In this document: positions 41,480-53,795 of the stretch, one piece after another | Numbering within the stretch: position 1 is the stretch's first letter | How the letters are laid out: each line of letters begins with the position of its first letter | Source: Chloroflexota bacterium | GTDB taxonomy: Bacteria; Chloroflexota; UBA11872; VXNJ01 | Assembly (NCBI GenBank): GCA_965261345.1 | Contig: OZ253449.1 | Span: forward strand, 1,568,001 to 1,632,000 | Length of the DNA stretch: 64,000 nucleotides | Direction of reading: 5' to 3' | Notes under the pieces: model-generated | What the model saw: only the letters and a program-made list of their open reading frames with translations | Told to the model about the DNA's origin: nothing | Database searches by the model: none | Made by a program: the position numbers and the translations under genes

Positions 41480-41759
41480 CCAATCCGGAGTCCGACCGGG
41501 TTGATCATTGCCAGCAAAAACGATTCGCGGTCACGGCAATTTCAATTTCTGGCCACGGCGCCTTATATAAATTTCAAGTGCCACTTAGGAGTTGACGTCC
41601 GAAGGGAAATTGAAGGCTCATTCCCTTAAATAGACGAAACCGCGATAAAGCCTGGACTCGAATGGCAAATTCCGTTTGCAATTGATCGATTGGCCGGTCG
41701 CTACAGAGGTTGCTTAAAATCGCCCGGCCCGCCAGAAGAAGATTCGCGCACATCTACCC

Positions 41760-42050
41760 ATGAAAACCGGTATCCATCCGCAGCTGTACGATACCCACGT
41801 AACGTGCTCTTGCGGCAACTCGTTTTTGACGCGTGCAACAGTCGAGCGCCTGCAATTGGACATCTGTTCGAATTGCCATCCGTTTTTTACAGGAGCGCAG
41901 AAATTGGTCGACACTCAGGGCCAGGTTGAGCGGTTCCAACAGCGGTTGAATAAGTCGGGTTCCCGTGGTAGCGGCCCCGACAACCGACGATCAGATCTGA
42001 CCGAGGATGATCCGGATTCAAGCGTGGTGGTCGACGCCGCGGCCAGCTGA
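41760..42050 (+). CDS. rpmE: 50S ribosomal protein L31 (Zn-binding type)
   Basis: MKTGIHP, CSCG, CSNCHPFFTG. Confidence 0.95.
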   Translation: MKTGIHPQLYDTHVTCSCGNSFLTRATVERLQLDICSNCHPFFTGAQKLVDTQGQVERFQQRLNKSGSRGSGPDNRRSDLTEDDPDSSVVVDAAAS

Positions 42051-42138
42051 CTGCCAAGGCCTCTACCCTCCAATCCAAGCCAGCAAAGGCTCGGCCAGCC
42101 CAATTCGCCCGTTGGGTAATTTGATTGACTGACCCATC

Positions 42139-43089
42139 ATGAAGGCGACCGCCTACGGCGGCCAGGCAGTCATTGAAGGCGTGATGATGCGCAGCCGATC
42201 GCAATCGGCTACCGCGGTACGCGCGCCTGATGGGTCAATCGTGGTTGAGAGTTCGCCGATTGTCCCTGGGAGATTGGCGCGATCGATGCGCCGCATTCCA
42301 GTCCTTAGAGGGACATTTGCCCTCTGGGACGTATTCGTCTTGGGGGCCCGATCACTTGCGTTCTCAGCGCAAGTGGCAATTGCGGATCCCGAAGATGCCG
42401 ATTCTGACCAATCAGAATCAAAGGGTTACATCGCGCTAATGCTCGCCCTGGGTTTGGGCCTTGGGATTGCGCTGTTTTTTCTGGCTCCGTTGTTTTTGGC
42501 GTCGCTGGCCGACCGCTGGATCGAATCGGACTTTGCCAGCAACGCGGCGGAAGGGCTAATCCGCATTGCGGTTGTGGTCGGATACCTGGCGGCAATTGGA
42601 TTGTTGCCGGACATCTATCGCACGCTTCAATATCACGGTGCCGAGCACAAGACCGTGAACGCAATCGAGGCTCGCCTGCCGCTGACGGTTGAAAACGTCC
42701 AGGCCCAGAGCCTGTTACACCCGCGCTGTGGCACCAGCTTCCTGCTCTTGGTGGTCGTAATTTCAATCATCGGATTCGCGTTGCTGGGCCGACCGGAGAT
42801 CTGGATTCGCCTGGGATCGCGAATCGTACTTATCCCGATCGCTGCCGGGATTGCCTTCGAGGTCATCACCCTGCTGGCAAAGCATCGGGACCGTATCTGG
42901 GCCAAGACCTTGATCGCACCCGGGTTTTGGCTACAGGGCTTAACCACCCGCCGGCCGGATGCTGCCCAGTGTGCGGTGGCGATTGCCGCGATCGCTCCAG
43001 TATTGACCGATGTCGATCGCAATTTACTGGTTCCAGAGATTGAAAAGTCGCCGGCGTCCGGCGATGCTGTGAATCTGCCAACCGCTTAA
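42139..43089 (+). CDS. DUF1385 membrane protein
   Basis: GGQAVIEGVMMR, YHGAEHK, HPRCGTSF; usual position between rpmE and prfA. Confidence 0.9.
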   Translation: MKATAYGGQAVIEGVMMRSRSQSATAVRAPDGSIVVESSPIVPGRLARSMRRIPVLRGTFALWDVFVLGARSLAFSAQVAIADPEDADSDQSESKGYIALMLALGLGLGIALFFLAPLFLASLADRWIESDFASNAAEGLIRIAVVVGYLAAIGLLPDIYRTLQYHGAEHKTVNAIEARLPLTVENVQAQSLLHPRCGTSFLLLVVVISIIGFALLGRPEIWIRLGSRIVLIPIAAGIAFEVITLLAKHRDRIWAKTLIAPGFWLQGLTTRRPDAAQCAVAIAAIAPVLTDVDRNLLVPEIEKSPASGDAVNLPTA

Positions 43090-44178
43090 ATGGACCATCC
43101 TTTAACCGACACATTTACCAATATCAGGTCTCGCAATTCCCTCATCGAGCGGGAGTTGTCCGACCCGGCGACCGCACGGTCGCGTCAAAAAATGACCGAA
43201 CTGGGCAGGGAGCATTCCGATCTTGCGGCAAAGCTGGAATTGATTGATCGAATCGAATCGATTTCAATTCAGCTCGAATCCAACGCGCAGTTGGCGGAGA
43301 CAGATGAGGATCCTGAGATTCGGGAGTTGGCACTGGCTGAAAACGCGGAGTTGGAAGTTGCACGATCGCAGATTAGTGACCAGCTGGCGCTGCTGCTGGC
43401 CCCGCGCGATCCGATGGATGAACGTGATGTCATCGTCGAGATCAGGGCCGGCACTGGCGGTGAGGAGGCCTCGCTGTTTGCCGGCCAACTGCTAAGGATG
43501 TACCAGCGATTTGCCGAGCGCCGGGGACTGGCGTTCGAGGAAATGGGAATCAATCTGTCGCAATCGGGCGGCGTGAAAGAAGCGATCGTGGCGGTGCGTG
43601 GCAAGGGGGCCTTCCGCCAGCTCAAATTTGAGCGTGGTGTTCATCGGGTCCAACGCGTACCAGTGACCGAATCGTCAGGACGGATCCACACCTCGGCCGC
43701 CTCGGTCGCGGTTCTGCCCGAGGCTGAGGAGATCGAGGTAGAGATAGATCCCGAGGAGCTGCGAATCGACGTGTTCCGCTCTTCTGGGCACGGTGGTCAA
43801 TCAGTAAATACCACCGACTCGGCGGTCCGCATAACCCACCTGCCCACCGGGATAACGGTTTCGATGCAGGACGAAAAATCACAACACAAAAATCGAGCCA
43901 AAGCCCTGCGAATCCTCCGGTCGCGTTTGCTTGACCGCGAACGCGAAATTCAGCAAGCCGAACGTGGCGCCAATCGCCGTGACCAGATCGGATCGGGCGA
44001 TCGCAGCGCCAAAATGCGCACCTATAACTTCCCTCAGGACCGCCTCACCGATCACCGCATAGGTTTTTCGCTACACGGCCTGGACGCGATCTTCGACGGG
44101 CGACTAGAGGGTCTACTGTCCGAACTTGAAAAAACCGATCACGCCGAGCGATTAGCGGCGTTAGGTAAGAACGATTGA
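43090..44178 (+). CDS. prfA: Peptide chain release factor 1
   Basis: GTGGEEA, PVT, GGQ, RTYNFPQ. Confidence 0.96.
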   Translation: MDHPLTDTFTNIRSRNSLIERELSDPATARSRQKMTELGREHSDLAAKLELIDRIESISIQLESNAQLAETDEDPEIRELALAENAELEVARSQISDQLALLLAPRDPMDERDVIVEIRAGTGGEEASLFAGQLLRMYQRFAERRGLAFEEMGINLSQSGGVKEAIVAVRGKGAFRQLKFERGVHRVQRVPVTESSGRIHTSAASVAVLPEAEEIEVEIDPEELRIDVFRSSGHGGQSVNTTDSAVRITHLPTGITVSMQDEKSQHKNRAKALRILRSRLLDREREIQQAERGANRRDQIGSGDRSAKMRTYNFPQDRLTDHRIGFSLHGLDAIFDGRLEGLLSELEKTDHAERLAALGKND

Positions 44179-45044
44179 CCATCGCCGAGGCATTGCGACA
44201 TGGGAGAGAGGCCCTGCAATTCCTCGGACCAGAGACAGCCGCCCGCGATTCGCAGATCCTGCTCGAACATGCCAGCGGACTTAGTCCTTGGGAACTGATC
44301 GTTGACGGGGACTGTCAAGTCTCACTGCACGCCGAATCGCGTTACGAAAAATCTGTCACGACCCGGGCGATCGGCGTTCCGGTCGAATACTTGATAAGGT
44401 CGACGGGATTTTTCGGCCTCGACCTTGCAGTAGAGACTGGCGTTTACATCCCCAAACCGGAAACCGAGCATTTGGTTGAGGCCGCGTTGGGAATACTTGG
44501 CACCCCGCAGCTGGCTGATATGACCTGGGGGCAATCTGCTCAGACGGCCTTGGTCCACGAAGTCGGAACCGGCAGCGGCGCGATATCAATAGCGATTGCC
44601 CGTCACGCTCCGAATGTCCAAATTTCCGCCAGCGATATATCCGCCAGGGCACTTGAGATCGCCGCGCAAAACGCGAAATCCCATGGGACAGGCGACCATA
44701 TCATGTTTCGTCGCGGTGATCTGCAACTCCCGCTGCCGGGGCAACCTGACATGGTGTTGGCAAATCTCCCGTATATAGATATAGGTAGTTGCGGCCAACT
44801 GTCGACTGAGGTACTGAGCCAGCCGCGAGCGGCGCTGCTGGCCGGCCAAGCCGGATTGGCGACGATCCGACGGCTGGTGGAAAGTCTTCGCATAAAACCT
44901 GGAGGGCACGTGCTGCTTGAGATCGGCTACGACCAGGAATATTCGCTCAGGCGAATGTGCAAATCCCACCCAAATCTTTGCTACCTACGAACGGTCAAGG
45001 ACCTTGCGGGCCACGATCGGGTTGCCGTTATTGCTGCCGGCTAG
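44175..45044 (+). CDS. prmC: Release factor glutamine methyltransferase
   Basis: IPKPETE, VGTGSG, NLPY, EIGYDQ, KDLAGHDR. Confidence 0.93.
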   Translation: MTIAEALRHGREALQFLGPETAARDSQILLEHASGLSPWELIVDGDCQVSLHAESRYEKSVTTRAIGVPVEYLIRSTGFFGLDLAVETGVYIPKPETEHLVEAALGILGTPQLADMTWGQSAQTALVHEVGTGSGAISIAIARHAPNVQISASDISARALEIAAQNAKSHGTGDHIMFRRGDLQLPLPGQPDMVLANLPYIDIGSCGQLSTEVLSQPRAALLAGQAGLATIRRLVESLRIKPGGHVLLEIGYDQEYSLRRMCKSHPNLCYLRTVKDLAGHDRVAVIAAG

Positions 45045-45124
45045 TCGCGATGGGACTACACTGCATTACCGGTGTTTAGAGTCCCAAATACAGAGGTGGA
45101 AATCGTCGCCATACATGGTTTTGA

Positions 45125-46702
<1,578 letters not shown>

Positions 46703-46922
46703 CGTTGGATTGTGGCCGCCGCCCGCATCAATCGTGATTTCCGGTGCGCGGCGCAGGATTGGCAGGATCGAAATTTTTCAATTGCTGTTTCTGGTCGACA
46801 TTTGGAAAAAATCGCCCGCGACGGCAGAACTGCCCACTTACAGAGTTTTCTAAAATCGTTCTTCATCTGCCCGGTTGGGCATGTGTTCTCCTCCTCCTGT
46901 TGATCTGTGCCCAGGATTCCCC

Positions 46923-47384
46923 ATGCCGCCGTCAGTCATTCTTACGCCGAATGGCAAGCTCCAACTCGAAGCCGAGCTGGATACGTTGCTGACCGTCCGT
47001 CGCCCCCAGATTTCGCGGCGAATCGAGGAGCACCAGCGATCTGGCGAACACGAGGGTGGTGGCGAGCACGACATTGCCAAGGATGAGCTGGCCAGGGTCG
47101 AAGGCCGGATTGAAGAAATCCGCGAAATCCTAAATACGGCCACCATCATCGATCAGCATGACTCGACCCGGGTATCGGTCGGGGGTTCGGTCCAGGTACG
47201 CGACGATCAGGGCGGTGAACGCACGTTTACTATCGTCGGTTCGGCCGAGATTGACCCGGTCAACGGCAGGATCTCCAATGATTCGCCCGCCGCCCGCGCC
47301 CTGCTCGGCGCCCAGTCCGGCGACGTGGTCGAATACCGGGCTCCCGGGCGGAAGATCCGCCTCGAGGTGCTTAAGGTCTGGTAG
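46923..47384 (+). CDS. greA: GreA/GreB-family transcription elongation factor
   Basis: LT..G...L..EL, FTIVGSAE.DP..GRIS..SP...ALLG; upstream of lysS; atypical coiled-coil tip. Confidence 0.85.
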   Translation: MPPSVILTPNGKLQLEAELDTLLTVRRPQISRRIEEHQRSGEHEGGGEHDIAKDELARVEGRIEEIREILNTATIIDQHDSTRVSVGGSVQVRDDQGGERTFTIVGSAEIDPVNGRISNDSPAARALLGAQSGDVVEYRAPGRKIRLEVLKVW

Positions 47385-47395
47385 CGCCCGGCCAG

Positions 47396-48868
47396 GTGGC
47401 TGCCACCGAACCCGACCTCGGGACCCAAGATCGACTGATCGCCGAGCGCCGGCGAAAGCTCGAGCTCGTAAGCAATCCGTACCCCGATGGATTCAAAGCA
47501 ACCCACAGCCTGGCCGACGTGCACTCGTTATGGCAACGCGACGGCATGTTGCCCGCCAGCCGGGTCGCCGGACGACTGACCCGGATTTCGAGCTTTGGTG
47601 GTGGCACGTTCGCCGACATTGACTCGGACGGCGCACGATTGCAGCTGCTGCTCTCGCGCAAGGTGCTGGGAGCGATCGAATACGACGAGGTGCTGGCATG
47701 GGCGGACGTTGGCGACATCGTCGGGGTCAGTGGCGAGATGTTTGCCACCCGCACCGGCCAACCGACCCTGCGGGTGGCCGAGGTTGAGCTGCTGGCCAAG
47801 GCGCTTCGCCCGCTGCCGGAGAAATTTCATGGGTTACGTGACGTGCAGACCCGTTACCGACATCGCCACCTCGACCTGATTGCCAATGAGGGTTCGCGTC
47901 GAATATTTAAGGCCCGTACCCAGATCCTGCGCCAGGTCCGCTCCTTCCTGGACGAGCACGGATTTCTGGAGGTCGAAACCCCGACCTTACAACCGATATA
48001 CGGCGGTGCGGCGGCTCAACCATTTACCACCCATTACAACGCCTTGGCGCGTGAATTTTTCCTGCGGATTTCAAACGAGCTGTACTTAAAAAGGCTGGTT
48101 GTGGGAGGAATAGAGCGGGTCTATGAGATCTGCAAGGACTTTCGCAACGAGGGGATCGATAGGACGCACGGTCCCGAATTTACGATGCTGGAGTGTTATC
48201 AGGCCTTTGCCGATTACCGCGACATGATGGAGATAACTGAGCAATTGGTCGCCCGGTCGGCCCACGCGGTCCTGGGTTCGCATGTGGTCAAAGGAGACGA
48301 CGATGCCGAACCGTTGGATTTGTCGCCTCCCTGGCCGCGGGTCAGATTTCGCGATGCGGTGCTTGCCGCCACCGACATTGACATCGAAAAATTTGATAGC
48401 GCCGAGGGGCTGGCCTCTGCAGCGGCCGCCAGGGGACTTAACACTGATCCAGCCCAGGGTGTCGGCAAGGTCTATGACCAAATCCTTGATCAGGCGGTTG
48501 CCCCGGATATCCACAATCCGATCTTCATTTACGAATTTCCGCTCGAATTTGCCCCGCTTGCCAAGCGGGTTCCCGGTTCGGATCGCTACGTTGCCAAGGT
48601 CGAGGCGTTTGCTCGCGGAATGGAAATTGCCAACGGTTACACCGAGCTGACCGATCCGGATGAACAGCGACGCCGGTTTTTGGATCAGCACATGGGCGAC
48701 CCCGACGCTCAACCGATCGATGAAGACTTTATTGCCGCGCTTGAGCAGGGCATGCCTCCGACCGGCGGATTGGGTCTGGGTATCGATCGCCTGGTAATGC
48801 TCGTCACCGGCGCCCGGCACTTTCGCGAAGTGGTCCTTTTTCCACAACTTAGGCCCGAAGGCGATTAG
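47396..48868 (+). CDS. lysS: Lysyl-tRNA synthetase (class II)
   Basis: LPEKFHGL, EVETP, FRNEG, PEFTMLE, GMPPTGGLGLGIDRL. Confidence 0.96.
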   Translation: MAATEPDLGTQDRLIAERRRKLELVSNPYPDGFKATHSLADVHSLWQRDGMLPASRVAGRLTRISSFGGGTFADIDSDGARLQLLLSRKVLGAIEYDEVLAWADVGDIVGVSGEMFATRTGQPTLRVAEVELLAKALRPLPEKFHGLRDVQTRYRHRHLDLIANEGSRRIFKARTQILRQVRSFLDEHGFLEVETPTLQPIYGGAAAQPFTTHYNALAREFFLRISNELYLKRLVVGGIERVYEICKDFRNEGIDRTHGPEFTMLECYQAFADYRDMMEITEQLVARSAHAVLGSHVVKGDDDAEPLDLSPPWPRVRFRDAVLAATDIDIEKFDSAEGLASAAAARGLNTDPAQGVGKVYDQILDQAVAPDIHNPIFIYEFPLEFAPLAKRVPGSDRYVAKVEAFARGMEIANGYTELTDPDEQRRRFLDQHMGDPDAQPIDEDFIAALEQGMPPTGGLGLGIDRLVMLVTGARHFREVVLFPQLRPEGD

Positions 48869-48871
48869 CGG

Positions 48872-50149
48872 TTGTTCTCGCTTCGCTACCTTCGAGATAA
48901 CCGAGAGCAGGTCGGCGCCGGGCTGGCGGCCAAGGGATATCCGGCCGACGCGCTTGAAGCGATCCTCGAACTTGACCGCCGGCGCCGCCAGGTCCTGGTC
49001 AAGCAGGAACAGTTGCGCCACATCGTGCGATCAACCTCGCGCGCGATCGGGGCGGCGGAAAGTTCTGAGGAATCGGCCGAACTGATCGCAAAAACCCGGG
49101 CGGCATCGGCAGAGTTGGGCCCGCTTGACGATCAAATCGCCCAAATCGGCATGCAACTTGACGATGCCGTCTTGGGACTGCCCAACATCCCGCACGAGTC
49201 CGCTCCGTCGGGCCGGAACGCTTCCGAAAACGTCGTGATCTGCTCCGGTGGGACCAAACGGACGTTCGATTTCGAGCCCTTGACCCACGTCGAATTGGCC
49301 GAATCACTCGGGCTGATTGATTTTGCCCGGGCCGCCAAGCTGGCCGGATCGGGTTTCTGGCTGCACTTTGGGGTCTCGGCCCGCCTGCAGCGCACGCTTT
49401 CTAATTGGATGCTCGATCTGCACACCCAAGACCACGGTTACACCGAGGTCTATCCGCCGGCGCTGGTCCGCGATTCGGCCCTTATCGGGACCGGGCAGTT
49501 GCCCAAGTTTGCCCACGACCAATACCACCTAGAAGATGACCGCCTCTGGCTTATCCCTACCGCCGAGGTCCCGCTCACCAATATCCATGCCAACGAGGTG
49601 CTTTCGGAAGAAGATCTACCGATCAGCTTTGCCGCCCATACGCCCTGTTTTAGGCGCGAAGCCGGGGCTGCCGGTACCGACACTCGCGGTTTGCTTCGGG
49701 TCCATCAGTTCGACAAGGTGGAGTTGGTTCGAATTAGCTCGCCCGATACTGGGTTCACCGAACTGGAGGAGGTTTTGGCCCACGCCCTCAAACCGGTACA
49801 GCTGCTCGATCTTCCGTACCGGGTGATTGAACTTTGTACCGGCGACCTCTCCTCGGCCAGCGCCAAGACCTATGACATCGAGCTGTGGGCTCCGGCCGCG
49901 CGGCGCTGGCTCGAGGTCTCGTCGGTTTCCTGCTTTGGCCAATACCAGTCGCGTCGCATGAACCTGCGTTGCCGCAAGGGATCTGGTGGGCCGATGCGGC
50001 ACCCTTATACCATCAACGGCTCGGGTGTTGCTCTCCCGCGCTTGACCGTGGCGCTGATGGAGAACTGCCAGCTGGCCGATGGGACGATCGAGTTACCAGG
50101 TGTTCTGGCAGAGCGCCTTGGCCAATCAAAAATTACTTCGCGCGTCTAA
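48872..50149 (+). CDS. serS: Seryl-tRNA synthetase
   Basis: TGQLPKF, LIPTAEVP, FRREAG, RVHQFDKVE, NGSG. Confidence 0.96.
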   Translation: MFSLRYLRDNREQVGAGLAAKGYPADALEAILELDRRRRQVLVKQEQLRHIVRSTSRAIGAAESSEESAELIAKTRAASAELGPLDDQIAQIGMQLDDAVLGLPNIPHESAPSGRNASENVVICSGGTKRTFDFEPLTHVELAESLGLIDFARAAKLAGSGFWLHFGVSARLQRTLSNWMLDLHTQDHGYTEVYPPALVRDSALIGTGQLPKFAHDQYHLEDDRLWLIPTAEVPLTNIHANEVLSEEDLPISFAAHTPCFRREAGAAGTDTRGLLRVHQFDKVELVRISSPDTGFTELEEVLAHALKPVQLLDLPYRVIELCTGDLSSASAKTYDIELWAPAARRWLEVSSVSCFGQYQSRRMNLRCRKGSGGPMRHPYTINGSGVALPRLTVALMENCQLADGTIELPGVLAERLGQSKITSRV

Positions 50150-51246
50150 AGCTCGGGAATCGGGGCTATCGAATCGGTTTTGGTTATATATAGCTCCAGG
50201 ACCTTGAATGACCCCATCTGAATTGGATCGAGCAGGCGCATGACCGCTTCGCGCTCTTCCTCATAGCGCTTGCGGGCAAGGCCTGACCTTTTCTGTAGCG
50301 TCGGCAGGTAATCGCCGATTCCAAGGTCGATTAGGTATTCGGCCTGGGTGCACAGCGGGTCCGATGTAAATCCTAAGGATTGGGCAATTGCGCTAACTTC
50401 GTCGAAATTAACGTGAGCGGTAAGGTCCTGCCGGCCGGGTTCGAAGAGCAGGTCGGTGACAACTTTCATTCCCCGATAGGCGAGCGCGGTTCCTGACCCG
50501 AGGCGCTGCGAATGGACCTGGGCAGCGCTTCCTCCATAGTCGATTAGGATCACCAGCGCTTGATCGGAAAGCTCGCCGATTTGCCGGATTGCCATCGGAA
50601 GACCTGGCCGAAACTCGATCACCCCGCCATTCGGAGTGGAGCCGGCCCAGCGACGGGCGTATTGCTCCAGGGCCGGATCGGACGGGCGGTCAACGAATGC
50701 GAGCTCCTGGCCTGGTCCGGTCCCGACGCACACTTCGACCCAGTCGTCCCCGGCGCGCCGCGCCAGGCGAAACGGCAGGGCGTCAAGGAATTCGTTGGCG
50801 ATAACGACCCGGCAAGGCCTGCGGCCTGCCTCCTCCATAGCAGCGACGAATCGCGCCGCCGGGTGGGCGATCTGGGCCTGCCGTCGTCGCGCCGGACTGA
50901 TTTCAATCCCCACCCATTGCAGCGCCTGGCCCCACGGCAACCCCCCGCTGATTCGAATAACATGACCGGCCAGGGTACCGCGGCCCGATCCGAGATCGAC
51001 CACCGAGAACTTATCTGGGCAACCAAGCTCACGCCAGGCCCGATCCAGCCGGCGGACGAGCATGGCCGCAAACAGCGGGTGGGTCTCGACCGCGGTTCGA
51101 AAATCATTCTCCGGTTGGCCGCCACCCATGTAATAGCCGTAGCGCGGATCGTAAAGCGCGGCGGCCATGAATTTGTCAAAACCGATCGGACCACTGGCGG
51201 CAATTTCGGCCAGCAGCTGGTTTTTTAAGCCGGAGGGAACCCTCAC
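50146..51246 (-). CDS. SAM-dependent methyltransferase, MidA/NDUFAF7 family
   Basis: FM.AALY.P..GYY, DLGSGRGTL, ANEFLDALP, IDYG, PGRQDLTAHVNF. Confidence 0.9.
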   Translation of the reverse strand: MRVPSGLKNQLLAEIAASGPIGFDKFMAAALYDPRYGYYMGGGQPENDFRTAVETHPLFAAMLVRRLDRAWRELGCPDKFSVVDLGSGRGTLAGHVIRISGGLPWGQALQWVGIEISPARRRQAQIAHPAARFVAAMEEAGRRPCRVVIANEFLDALPFRLARRAGDDWVEVCVGTGPGQELAFVDRPSDPALEQYARRWAGSTPNGGVIEFRPGLPMAIRQIGELSDQALVILIDYGGSAAQVHSQRLGSGTALAYRGMKVVTDLLFEPGRQDLTAHVNFDEVSAIAQSLGFTSDPLCTQAEYLIDLGIGDYLPTLQKRSGLARKRYEEEREAVMRLLDPIQMGSFKVLELYITKTDSIAPIPEL

Positions 51247-53252
51247 GCCATTCGGGTTATGACGAGGGTTCCATGGCGGTCAACGGAGGCCAGCCAACCG
51301 GGCGGAACCACAGTGGTGCAATCGGCCTGGAGAACGATCGCCGGGCCTAAAAACTCCTGCCCGGCGCCAAGCTGGACACGTTCAAAGATGTTGGTATCTA
51401 GGAAACGGTCGCCAAACCGGGTCCTGGCCTGTCCGACCGGGTCCGGGTCACCCGGTTTTTCGGCCACTGCCGGGGGGATCGGCGATGGGGTGGGAATGAT
51501 CGCATCGAGCCGGATCGCAACGATCTGGACCTCGCGATCGGGAATCGAATAGGAGTAGCGTTGATCGTGAAGGCGGTGGAATCCGTCGATTGAATCAGTC
51601 AGCGCCCCCAGTCGATAAGGGATGGTCAGTTCAAATGACTGGCCCACGTAGCGAAGATCGAGCGCGAAGGAAAGTTCCGGATCACCATCGCCGGCCAGAT
51701 CGTTGCGTGCGGTCGCGGTCAGCTGCCTTCCGACCATTTCTAGGTCTGCTTCGGCTTGGGCATTTGCGGAAAGCATGACGGTGCGCGAGTAGGAGCGCAC
51801 CCGGTCGGCTACCAACGCTCCCAGAGCCGAGAGCACCCCGGGATGGGTGGGCGCCAGCACAGTACGGATCTGCAGCCGTGAGGCCAGTTCGCAGGCGTGC
51901 AGCGGGCCGGCTCCGCCGAATGCCACCAGCGCGAAATCGCGCGGGTCGTAGCCGCGTTCGATCGTTATTAGCCGCAGCGCACTCTCCATGTTGGCGTCGG
52001 CCAGGGCGATGATCGCGTCGGCAACCTCGTCCGGCTCCAGCCTGGGCCCGGGCATCTGGTCGGAAAGCGAACCGACCGCCGCGTTGGCCAGATCGAAATC
52101 CAGTTCGAGCTGCCCGGCCAACCGCACCTTGGCCGGCAATCGCCCCAGGACCACATTGGCATCGGAGACGGTTGGCAGCTTGCCGCCGCGGGCGTACGCC
52201 GCCGGTCCAGGGACAGAACCGGCAGATTGCGGTCCAACCTGGAGGGCGCCGCCTTCATCGACCCAGGCGATCGAGCCGCCACCGGCGCCAACGGTGTGAA
52301 TGTCAATCATGTCGACCGCGATCGGGACTTGCCCAACCACTCCGGCGGTCGTGTGCAGGGGTCCGCCCGGACAGAGCGACACGTCGGTTGAGGTTCCACC
52401 CATATCAAAGGTGACGATATTGGCAAATCCGGCCGCGGCCGCCGCCCAGACCGCTCCGGTGGCCCCACCGGCCGGGCCCGAGAGTACGGTGCGGACCGGC
52501 AATCGACCAGTTTCCGGCGGGGTCAGCAGGCCTCCGTTGGACTGGACGATCCAAAGCGGCCCCGGGGCTTTGGATTCGAGTGTGGTTAGATAGCGCTCGA
52601 CCGGAAGCGCAAGGTAGGCGTTGGCGGCCACCGTCGCGGTGCGCTCATATTCCCTAAATTCGGGCAGGACCTGCGAGGAAATGCTCACTCGCTGGAGCCC
52701 GGCAGATAGCAACGCATCGGCGACCGCGCGCTCGTTTTGCGGGTTGGCGTACGAATGGAGCAAACAGACAGCAACCGCCTCGACCCCGAGCGAGATCAAT
52801 TCTTTGGCAAGATCCGCTAGATCTTCCCGCTTCGGCGAGATTTCGACCTGGCCGCGGGCATTGGTACGTTCGTTGACCTCGAATCGAAGCTGGCGCGGGA
52901 TGAGTGGCTTGGGTATCTCCGGCTCAATGGCGTATAGCTGCGGCCGGTTCTGGCGACCGATTTCGAGGACATCGGCAAAACCCTTTGTGGTCACCAGCGC
53001 GGCCCGGCAACCCTTGCGCTCCAGTAGGGCATTGGTTGCCACGGTCGAGCCGTGCAGGATCGCTGATGGCGCGGTCAGGCCAAGCTTGGCGATGCCGTCG
53101 AGGACCCCGGCGGCTGGGTCCGGGGTGGTGCTGGGCACCTTGGCGATGACCGGACCGTGGGATCCGATTGCGATCAGATCGGTAAACGTACCGCCGACAT
53201 CGACCCCGATCCGCGAAAAGGAGCCCTTGGTCGCCGCCGAGGTTAACGCCAA
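51243..53252 (-). CDS. Hydantoinase/oxoprolinase family, subunit A
   Basis: DVGGTFTD, ATNALLE, FREYER, SGPAGG, DMGGTSTD, GAGGGS, FGGAGPLH. Confidence 0.93.
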   Translation of the reverse strand: MALTSAATKGSFSRIGVDVGGTFTDLIAIGSHGPVIAKVPSTTPDPAAGVLDGIAKLGLTAPSAILHGSTVATNALLERKGCRAALVTTKGFADVLEIGRQNRPQLYAIEPEIPKPLIPRQLRFEVNERTNARGQVEISPKREDLADLAKELISLGVEAVAVCLLHSYANPQNERAVADALLSAGLQRVSISSQVLPEFREYERTATVAANAYLALPVERYLTTLESKAPGPLWIVQSNGGLLTPPETGRLPVRTVLSGPAGGATGAVWAAAAAGFANIVTFDMGGTSTDVSLCPGGPLHTTAGVVGQVPIAVDMIDIHTVGAGGGSIAWVDEGGALQVGPQSAGSVPGPAAYARGGKLPTVSDANVVLGRLPAKVRLAGQLELDFDLANAAVGSLSDQMPGPRLEPDEVADAIIALADANMESALRLITIERGYDPRDFALVAFGGAGPLHACELASRLQIRTVLAPTHPGVLSALGALVADRVRSYSRTVMLSANAQAEADLEMVGRQLTATARNDLAGDGDPELSFALDLRYVGQSFELTIPYRLGALTDSIDGFHRLHDQRYSYSIPDREVQIVAIRLDAIIPTPSPIPPAVAEKPGDPDPVGQARTRFGDRFLDTNIFERVQLGAGQEFLGPAIVLQADCTTVVPPGWLASVDRHGTLVITRMA

Positions 53253-53411
53253 TTCAACTCGCTAGCAGATGTCGGCGTTTGGGGCTTGGGTCAGGAGTGG
53301 GTCGCGACGGGCGGTGCAATGTTATCTGCGGTCTTGTTGGGAATAAAATTTCGGGTGCTTTCAGTCAGTTATTTTCCCCACTTGCCGCGCAGCAAATGGT
53401 TTAGGACCTGA

Positions 53412-53792
53412 TTGCCCAGTTACGTCGGACCGGCCATGATGGCCTTTTTGATCGGTGCCTTCGCGGTAGGCAGCCTCGTCGGGGCGGGTGTTCTGCGACC
53501 TCATCGCGACGTTGGCGCCAAGCTCGAGGCTTACGAATCCGGGATGCCGGCCACCGGCGATACCCGGGGTCGGCATCAGATCAAGTTCTACATGGTGGCG
53601 ATGCTGTTTGTTGCCTTTGATCTGGAACTGGTGTTTCTCTACCCGTGGGCGGTGCACTTTGCCTCGCTTACCGAAACCGGCGCAAAGCTTTACATGGCCG
53701 GACTGATGACCTTGTTCGTGGCATTTTTGGCAGTGGCCGATCTGGTGGCGTGGAAGTTGGGCGTATTCGACTGGGCCGTCTACGAGGAATAA
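53412..53792 (+). CDS. nuoA: NADH-quinone oxidoreductase subunit A
   Basis: YESG, FY.VAMLFVAFDLE..FLYPWA. Confidence 0.93.
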   Translation: MPSYVGPAMMAFLIGAFAVGSLVGAGVLRPHRDVGAKLEAYESGMPATGDTRGRHQIKFYMVAMLFVAFDLELVFLYPWAVHFASLTETGAKLYMAGLMTLFVAFLAVADLVAWKLGVFDWAVYEE

Positions 53793-53795
53793 CCG

